Shown piece after piece: positions 58,301-64,000 of a stretch of 64,000 nucleotides of DNA. The position numbers and the translations under genes are program-made. The stretch lies in IMG/VR virus record IMGVR_UViG_3300008262_000055; one strand, written 5' to 3'. Below the pieces are notes generated by a model. The model worked only from the letters and a program-made list of their open reading frames with translations. It made no database searches and was not told the DNA's origin. This stretch comes from a virus. Its lineage: Duplodnaviria; Caudoviricetes. Every line of letters begins with the position of its first letter. The stretch's first letter is position 1.

Positions 58301-58843
58301 GACAACTATCGATTATGGCTCACTGGCGGTTTACCAACTAAACCTGCAGAGCCCTCTTCTGAAAGTTTAAGCATACAATTTGGATCTACGCTCGGCCCAA
58401 TTAAATCTATCAGCGATGAAATAGTTTATCATCCTGTAAAATATTTTCCTTTATTTGGGGACAAGGCAAGTCCAGAGTTTCAGGCAATTTTTAAAGTTGT
58501 AAAAAATCCTAACCGAGTTATAAATGATAACGATCTCAAAGTGAGAATAATTAATAGTATCAATGAATTTTTTGATGTAGGCAATTGGGATTTTGGCGAT
58601 AGATTTTTTGCTAGCGAATTGATCACTTATATTGTTTCTAATAATTCTCCTAATATTAGTAATATTGCGTTAGTACCAAAACAAGAAAATCAAGCGTACG
58701 GAAGTTTATCAGAAATAAGAGCTCAGCCAGATGAAATTCTAGTAAGTGCTGCTACAGTGGATAGTATTGAAATATTATACAATATTACAGCTACAGAATT
58801 AAATCTTTTGAATAGTCAGGTTGTAACTAGGACAGCAAAATAA
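55331..58843 (+). CDS. gp6: Baseplate wedge subunit (gp6-like)
   Basis: DFENLR...I..Y, LARMLSY, FSDGVYG, ETIDSIR..AP..YYTQNRMITGEDY motifs; 1170 aa. Confidence 0.85.
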   Translation: MTTTTRQNNLILAEDWTRIYQTFRNADFQSYDFENLRRVMINYIKENYPEDFNDFIESSEYVALIDLIAFLGQSLAFRIDLNSRENFIELADRKESVLRLARMLSYNAKRNKSASGLLKFESVSTTEGLVDSNGTNLSNQIIVWNDPANSNWYEQFISILNAAMIPNVEFGKEQSNKIIDGIRTEQYRLNSFSSGLPIFSFSKSVAGRSIGFELVSTGLAEFRDFIFEEAPVPSRQVGFVYRQDGKGTASNNTGFFMMFKQGTLESADFSISRPTPNEIVSITTQNINNDDVWLYSIDGSSNITNAWTEVSSVAGNNIVFNSLSNNQRNVYSVITQANDAVDLQFSDGVYGKLPQGTFRFYYRVSNGQSYVVNPSEMKAITISVPYINKRGTQHSLSITLSLEYTVDNASSSETIDSIRSKAPALYYTQNRMITGEDYNIAPLSSSQEVIKVKAINRTSSGISRNFDIIDASGKYSKINIFADDGLIYRKDEERYYSFKYTNSATVLNFIRNIVQPALSSFQTYNFYLTNFDKIFTADVNVKWIKSTTEENASTGYFGNVFDSFPIKIGSYTSSNLKYIELGSLIKFIPPSADKAFYNGEIVNYDPSNANHKKFIWTKVVKLIGDGTNAGKGNLSSGKGPITYSENIPTGSLPSQVVAKFVTTLPTDIENEILNLTFSSETFGLRYDVLDGMWKVISSTNIDLENDFNLGQAGNTSNEAVDTSWIVAFVYDGDEYRVRVRGTEYIFSSILQNRFYFDRGEKVYDSRARTVIKDQVKVLAINTSPLSSILSNTEIANEIVNLRQVNPLFSVADVLAIVDRQQTLKDDISFEIADSVRFQDGYKSSDSVKISFYDSDNDGVIDNPDSFDEIVGSNINNKYVFFQQVQDENGFDVFNYIPNVNNKFIIVDKEVNANVNDYDHNQLIYFYDRAENLIKKVDLITRSFVLEPSYVGYIGRDNLKFQYIHNASENRRIDPSVSNIIDIYLLTRSYDDNYRLWLTGGLPTKPAEPSSESLSIQFGSTLGPIKSISDEIVYHPVKYFPLFGDKASPEFQAIFKVVKNPNRVINDNDLKVRIINSINEFFDVGNWDFGDRFFASELITYIVSNNSPNISNIALVPKQENQAYGSLSEIRAQPDEILVSAATVDSIEILYNITATELNLLNSQVVTRTAK

Positions 58844-61800
58844 TGTCAAATAAAATTTTCAAAAAAAGCGAACTACCAGTAAGAAGAACCGTTGATCTAC
58901 TTCCTGATATTTTTAAAACAAGTACTAATGATAAGTTTCTTTCAACTACGCTAGATGCGTTAGTCCAACCCGGTACTTTAGAAAGATTGTCGGGATTTGT
59001 TGGTCGTCGTTATGGAAAAACATTTAATTCTCAAGACATTTATGTTGATGTAGAAAAATCTTTAAGATCATCTTATCAACTAGAACCTGCGGTAGTAATA
59101 GAAAGCGGTCAGAAAGTAAAGAAAGTATACGACTATGTTGATTTAAAAAATCAATTAAAATTTTTTAATAACTTATCTGAAAGAGACGATTTAGCAACTT
59201 ATCAAGAACAATATAGTTGGAACCCTCCTATCGATTGGGACAAGTTTATAAACTATAGAGAATATTATTGGTTGCCAGTTGGACCAGAAACAGTCTCAGT
59301 AGCCGGCCAAGCAGAAAATGTTATATCTAGCTATCGTGTACGTTCAGACGGCCAGAACGAATGGTTGTTCTACCCAGACGGATTAAAAAGAAATCCTCAA
59401 CTTACTCTTTACAGAGGTCAAACATATATTTTTGATGTTAATAGTCCCGGTGATCCGTTTGTTATCAGATCCGGAAATCTCAAAGGTAATCAAGAAAATT
59501 ATAATAAAGGTGTAACTAATAACGGAATTGAAGTTGGTACTATAACATTTGAAGTTCCGTTAGATGCTCCAGAATTATTATATTATCAAAGCGAAAATAA
59601 TATTAATCGTGTTGGCAGTTTTGTAATTGCGTCTGTTTTAGAAAATTCTTTTATAGACGTTGAAAAAGAAATTCTTGGTAAGGTAAATTACACAAGTTCT
59701 AATAATATAAAATTTACCAATGGATTAAAAGTACAATTTGTAGGTAAAGTACAGCCTGCTATCTACAATGATAGTTTATGGCTAGTAGAAGGAGTTGGCG
59801 AATCTATTAAATTAGTAAATTTTGCCGAACTAGAAATTCCGCCTATTATTTCTAATGAGATAGAAATTACTTTTGATGATGGCGGCTTCGATACTTTGCC
59901 TTTTGACGATGCTTCGTCATATCCTACACAAAAAGACTATATTACCATTAATAAAAGTAGTAAAGATAAAAATCCGTGGGCACGTTATAATAGATGGTTC
60001 CATAGAGATGTTATAGAATATGCTGCTAATATAAACGGAGTACCGCCGTCGTTAACAGAAACTGACAGAGCCAAGCGTCCTATAATAGAATTCCTTCCAA
60101 ATATTCAATTGTTTAATCATGGGTCAACGCCTAAGAAAACAGTTGATTTGATAGACGATTTTACTAAAGATGTATTTTCAACTATAGAAGGATCTGCCGG
60201 TTATAATATTGACGGGCAATCGGTTGAGGATGGCGATAGAATTTTATTTTTAAATGACACTGATCCATTTGTTAAGAATAAAATTTTTGAAGTAAAGATT
60301 ATAACTGTTCAAACTAGTACAAACACTATTAATAGAACCCAAATTAGTTTAGTTGAAACCAATGATACTGATCCTATTATAGGTGAAGCCATAATCATAT
60401 CCAAGGGTAGTGTGCTAAACAAAGGTAGGATGTATCATTATGATGGCGAACAGTGGGTACGTAGTCAAACAAAAACTTCTATAAATCAATTTCCGTTATT
60501 TGATTTGTTTGATGACGAGGGAGTTTCGTTTTCCGACAATCAAAAATATGAAACATCAACCTTTGCTGGAAGTGAACTTATTAGCTATAAAATAGGAAAC
60601 GGACCGGTAGATAAAGAATTAGGGTTTTCGTTGTCCTATTTGAATATTAATAATTCTGGAGATATTTTATTTGAAGTTGATTTTGAAAAAGATTCATTTT
60701 TATATCAACAGTCTGGACAAACTATTAATAAATTATCAGCGTCCGGTTTTTTTAAAAATCATCAAACTGAAGAATTTTTTAACGGGTGGATTAAAACTAA
60801 TCCTAATTTAAGACAACCTATCCTTGACACTTTTATTATAGAAAGTGATACAAATTCAATAACATCGTCGGCGTGTATTTGGTCAGGCAATGCTACAGAA
60901 CATATATTATTCTACATCAACGGTAAAAAAATTAACACAAGTTTTACCAGCACGTTTGTAGCAGATACAAGAACTTTTGTTTTTGACCAAACTTTAAAAG
61001 CAGGGGAAACTGTAACTTTAAAAATCTTTACGACCGACGAGCCAAATTTAGGTTATTATGAAATTCCTAATTCTTTAGAAAAAAATCCCCTAAATGAAAA
61101 CCTAGAACAATTTACTCTAGGCCAGGCCAATGATCATTTAAAAACTATGATTGAAGTAGACACCGGATTCCAAGGAGAATTTCCAGGAGCTAGTAATATC
61201 AGAGATATAGTGAATTATAGACAGAACGGTTCTAGATTTATGAAACGAGCTAGTCTAGGAGTATTGGCATTTCCATTATTATGTGATAAAGATATTAATC
61301 TAATAAAGTCTATTAGACACGCAGCCAACGAATACGAAAAGTTTAAAAATAATTTTATTACTCTAGCTAGCGAATTAGATTTTGATCAACGTAGTATTGT
61401 GGAATTTGTAGATAAAATTTTAGATAAGATGTCTAAATCTAATGTTATTGATTTTCCTTTTGCTACATCGGACATGATCGGTAGCGGTGCTTATAAAGTA
61501 ATTAATTATACTGTTGAAGATGAAGGCATTACAACTTTTGCTTTAAATGAAAAATTTGACTTAGATACAAATTCATCTCGTGCTGTCTACGTGTATGTTA
61601 ACGATATCCAAATGTTACATGGGTTTGATTATGTATTTGATTCTACCTTTGGATTTGTAAAATTATTAGTAAATCTAAACGAAAATGACAGAATCGAGAT
61701 TAGAGAATATCTAACAACAACTTATAATTTTATTCCAGAAACGCCTACTAAATTAGGGTTGTACAAAAAATTTACTCCTAGAATTTATCTTGATGACACT

Positions 61801-64000
61801 CTGGTAGAACCTACAGAAGTAATACAAGGACACGACGGCAGTATTACGATTGCTTTTGGTGATTTAAGAGATGATATTATATTGGAATTAGAAAAGAGAA
61901 TCTATAATAATCTTAAAATAAAATATGATACAGAAATTTTTGATGTTGATAGATTTTTTAAAGGATATCACGGCCAAGCAATATATGATGTATCTACAAT
62001 AGACGATGTTATAGAGACAGATTTTTTAAAATGGTCTAATAATTTAGGAATTGACATTTATAAAAATGAAGTTTATCAGTCCGAAAATCCTTTTACATAC
62101 ACATATTTTAGAGCCACTGATAGAAACAAAAAACTTAAACTTCCGCAATATTGGAGAGGTATATACAAATTTTTATACGATACTGATAGACCTCACACAT
62201 GCCCCTGGGAGATGTTAGGGTTCAGCGAAAAGCCCTTATGGTGGGAAGAAGAATATGGTCCTGCTCCTTATACCAAAGGTAACCTATTATTATGGGAAGA
62301 TTTAGAACAGGGAATTATAAGACAAGGCCCAACTACGGGAGCAAACCCTAGATATGCTAAGCCGGGTCTATTAGATTACATTCCTGTAGATGATCATGGA
62401 AATTTATTATCACCGCAAGACGCTTCTGCGATTATAGATTATTCATTGAATAAAATAAATGAAGATTTTCAATTTGGAGATTACGGTCCAGTTGAAAATT
62501 CTTGGAGAAGAAGTTCGCTGTACCCGTTTTCTATAATTACAGCCGCGTGTCTCCTAACTCCTTTTGAATTTATATCTACAAATTTTAATAGGAACAAAAT
62601 TGTAAAAAACAAATTAGATCAATTAATTGACAAAGATACTGGAACATTTATCGATAAGCAAACCTTAACGTCTAGTGTAGACAGTGACCCATCGGGTTTG
62701 TTTACTTACATTCAAAATTATCTAAAATTTAACGCTATAGATATTTCGCTATTGTCAAATACAATAAGCAATTTAGATGTAAGAATATCTCATAAGATAG
62801 GCGGATTTGTTGAAAAAGCAAGACAACGATATATTTTAGATAGTAAGAGTCCAACATCTAAATCTCCAGCAGTCTTTATACCGCCAGAAGATTTTCAAAT
62901 TATTTTTAATACTGGTTCTGTAGCTAAATCTATTAGCTATTCTGGAATAGTAATAGAAAAAGTTGACGGCGGTTTTAAATTATTCGGCTACGATAAATTA
63001 AATTCGTACTTTAGTACGTATGAACCGTACACCAGGGTTGACGATCCGACTATATCTGTAGGTGGTGTGAGCGAAAAATATGTAGACTGGGATGCTGAAA
63101 AATTTTATGGCAAAGGCTCCCTAGTACGGTATCAAGGATTGTACTATCGTTGTACAGTTAATCATCTTTCCGCTAATAGTTTTCAAAATGAAAATTTTAC
63201 AGTATTGCCAGCATTACCAATAGTTAATGATGTTACGGCAATAAAAAGGACTACCTTTAATAAATTTTTAGTAAAGCGTATTCCATATAATGCCTTTTTT
63301 TCTACAATACAGCAAGTAGTCGATGTAATACTAGGTTATAGTGAATGGTTAGTAGATCAAGGAATTGTCTTTGATGATTTCAATAAAGAATTATTAGTTC
63401 CTAACGATTGGATGTTGTCAGTTCAAGAATTTATGTTTTGGACTTCTCATAACTGGGCCGTGGGTGCGTTAATAACTTTAAGTCCTGCTGCAACATTATT
63501 AAAAATTGTCAATGCCGGTAGCGTAGCAGATAATATTTTAGATAATTTTTACGAATATAATATTTTTAAAAATGACGGAACTAAAATACCTGCTTCTGAT
63601 ATCCAAGTTTACAGAGGATATAATGAATTTATTTTAACTCCGTTAGATACACAAGCTACTGGAATATATTTTGCTAAGATTAATTTTGTACAAAAAGAAC
63701 ATGTAGCAATCTTTAATGATAGAACTATGTTTGGAGATGTTATATTTGATAAAGGTCCGGGATACAGACAAGATAGAATGAAATTAGTAGGATTTAGGAC
63801 TACTGATTGGGATGGAGACTACACCAGCCCAGGCTTTATATACGATTCTGCTGACATTAATCCGTGGCAGGCATTTACTGATTACAAATTAGGGGATATT
63901 GTTCAGTATAGAGAATATTATTATGTTTCTAAAGTTTCGCAAACTGGATCTAGCGATTTTAATTTTAACAATTGGGAAAGATTAGATTCAATCCCTACAC
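58843..64000 (+). CDS. Very large baseplate protein (gp7-like wedge initiator, inferred), partial
   Basis: Not in the track because it runs off the window. ATG overlaps the gp6 TAA (TAATG). Begins MSNKIFKKSELPVRRTVDLLP.IF, is in frame wherever spot-checked and at 64000 (>1700 aa). Contains LYRGQTYIF and two CBM-like W...Y..G.LV.Y repeats. Confidence 0.75.
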   Translation, partial: MSNKIFKKSELPVRRTVDLLPDIFKTSTNDKFLSTTLDALVQPGTLERLSGFVGRRYGKTFNSQDIYVDVEKSLRSSYQLEPAVVIESGQKVKKVYDYVDLKNQLKFFNNLSERDDLATYQEQYSWNPPIDWDKFINYREYYWLPVGPETVSVAGQAENVISSYRVRSDGQNEWLFYPDGLKRNPQLTLYRGQTYIFDVNSPGDPFVIRSGNLKGNQENYNKGVTNNGIEVGTITFEVPLDAPELLYYQSENNINRVGSFVIASVLENSFIDVEKEILGKVNYTSSNNIKFTNGLKVQFVGKVQPAIYNDSLWLVEGVGESIKLVNFAELEIPPIISNEIEITFDDGGFDTLPFDDASSYPTQKDYITINKSSKDKNPWARYNRWFHRDVIEYAANINGVPPSLTETDRAKRPIIEFLPNIQLFNHGSTPKKTVDLIDDFTKDVFSTIEGSAGYNIDGQSVEDGDRILFLNDTDPFVKNKIFEVKIITVQTSTNTINRTQISLVETNDTDPIIGEAIIISKGSVLNKGRMYHYDGEQWVRSQTKTSINQFPLFDLFDDEGVSFSDNQKYETSTFAGSELISYKIGNGPVDKELGFSLSYLNINNSGDILFEVDFEKDSFLYQQSGQTINKLSASGFFKNHQTEEFFNGWIKTNPNLRQPILDTFIIESDTNSITSSACIWSGNATEHILFYINGKKINTSFTSTFVADTRTFVFDQTLKAGETVTLKIFTTDEPNLGYYEIPNSLEKNPLNENLEQFTLGQANDHLKTMIEVDTGFQGEFPGASNIRDIVNYRQNGSRFMKRASLGVLAFPLLCDKDINLIKSIRHAANEYEKFKNNFITLASELDFDQRSIVEFVDKILDKMSKSNVIDFPFATSDMIGSGAYKVINYTVEDEGITTFALNEKFDLDTNSSRAVYVYVNDIQMLHGFDYVFDSTFGFVKLLVNLNENDRIEIREYLTTTYNFIPETPTKLGLYKKFTPRIYLDDTLVEPTEVIQGHDGSITIAFGDLRDDIILELEKRIYNNLKIKYDTEIFDVDRFFKGYHGQAIYDVSTIDDVIETDFLKWSNNLGIDIYKNEVYQSENPFTYTYFRATDRNKKLKLPQYWRGIYKFLYDTDRPHTCPWEMLGFSEKPLWWEEEYGPAPYTKGNLLLWEDLEQGIIRQGPTTGANPRYAKPGLLDYIPVDDHGNLLSPQDASAIIDYSLNKINEDFQFGDYGPVENSWRRSSLYPFSIITAACLLTPFEFISTNFNRNKIVKNKLDQLIDKDTGTFIDKQTLTSSVDSDPSGLFTYIQNYLKFNAIDISLLSNTISNLDVRISHKIGGFVEKARQRYILDSKSPTSKSPAVFIPPEDFQIIFNTGSVAKSISYSGIVIEKVDGGFKLFGYDKLNSYFSTYEPYTRVDDPTISVGGVSEKYVDWDAEKFYGKGSLVRYQGLYYRCTVNHLSANSFQNENFTVLPALPIVNDVTAIKRTTFNKFLVKRIPYNAFFSTIQQVVDVILGYSEWLVDQGIVFDDFNKELLVPNDWMLSVQEFMFWTSHNWAVGALITLSPAATLLKIVNAGSVADNILDNFYEYNIFKNDGTKIPASDIQVYRGYNEFILTPLDTQATGIYFAKINFVQKEHVAIFNDRTMFGDVIFDKGPGYRQDRMKLVGFRTTDWDGDYTSPGFIYDSADINPWQAFTDYKLGDIVQYREYYYVSKVSQTGSSDFNFNNWERLDSIPT

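Noticed and set aside
1-64000. Alternative genetic code (stop-codon reassignment)
   Set aside because: Conserved genes are full length and tightly packed under the standard code, and TAA, TGA and TAG all appear to act as stops.

Overview
This window is part of a large, distantly T4-like myophage genome (probably an environmental jumbo phage). It uses the standard genetic code and has Shine-Dalgarno-type RBSs. Positions 1-42.4 kb are almost all minus strand. They carry a giant fibre/appendage cluster (two pairs of ~1800-2150 aa paralogues, small adaptor-like proteins, Cys-rich tandem paralogues), the head module (gp23 major capsid, gp22 scaffold, gp21 protease, acidic core protein, gp20 portal) and two tandem tape-measure-like paralogues, one with an M23 peptidase. 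The gp26-like/gp51-like pair is on the plus strand. Next is a minus-strand block: gp55 late sigma factor, gp47, gp46, a small basic protein, a GIY-YIG nuclease and a ~450-nt non-coding region. A plus-strand baseplate operon (gp48-, gp53-, hub-, gp5-, gp25-, gp6- and gp7-like) runs off the end of the window. T4-type late promoters ((T)ATAAATA) precede many structural genes. The two strongest findings are (1) a complete -1 programmed frameshift signal (T TTT TTC, 6-nt spacer, perfect 10-bp stem) that would fuse the gp26-like ORF to a start-less gp51-like ORF next to the tape-measure genes, and (2) a densely base-paired ~450-nt RNA-like element that begins at the stop codon of the GIY-YIG nuclease. 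Two structured late-gene leaders share an octamer with that element. All family assignments come from motif recognition by eye; no searches were run.
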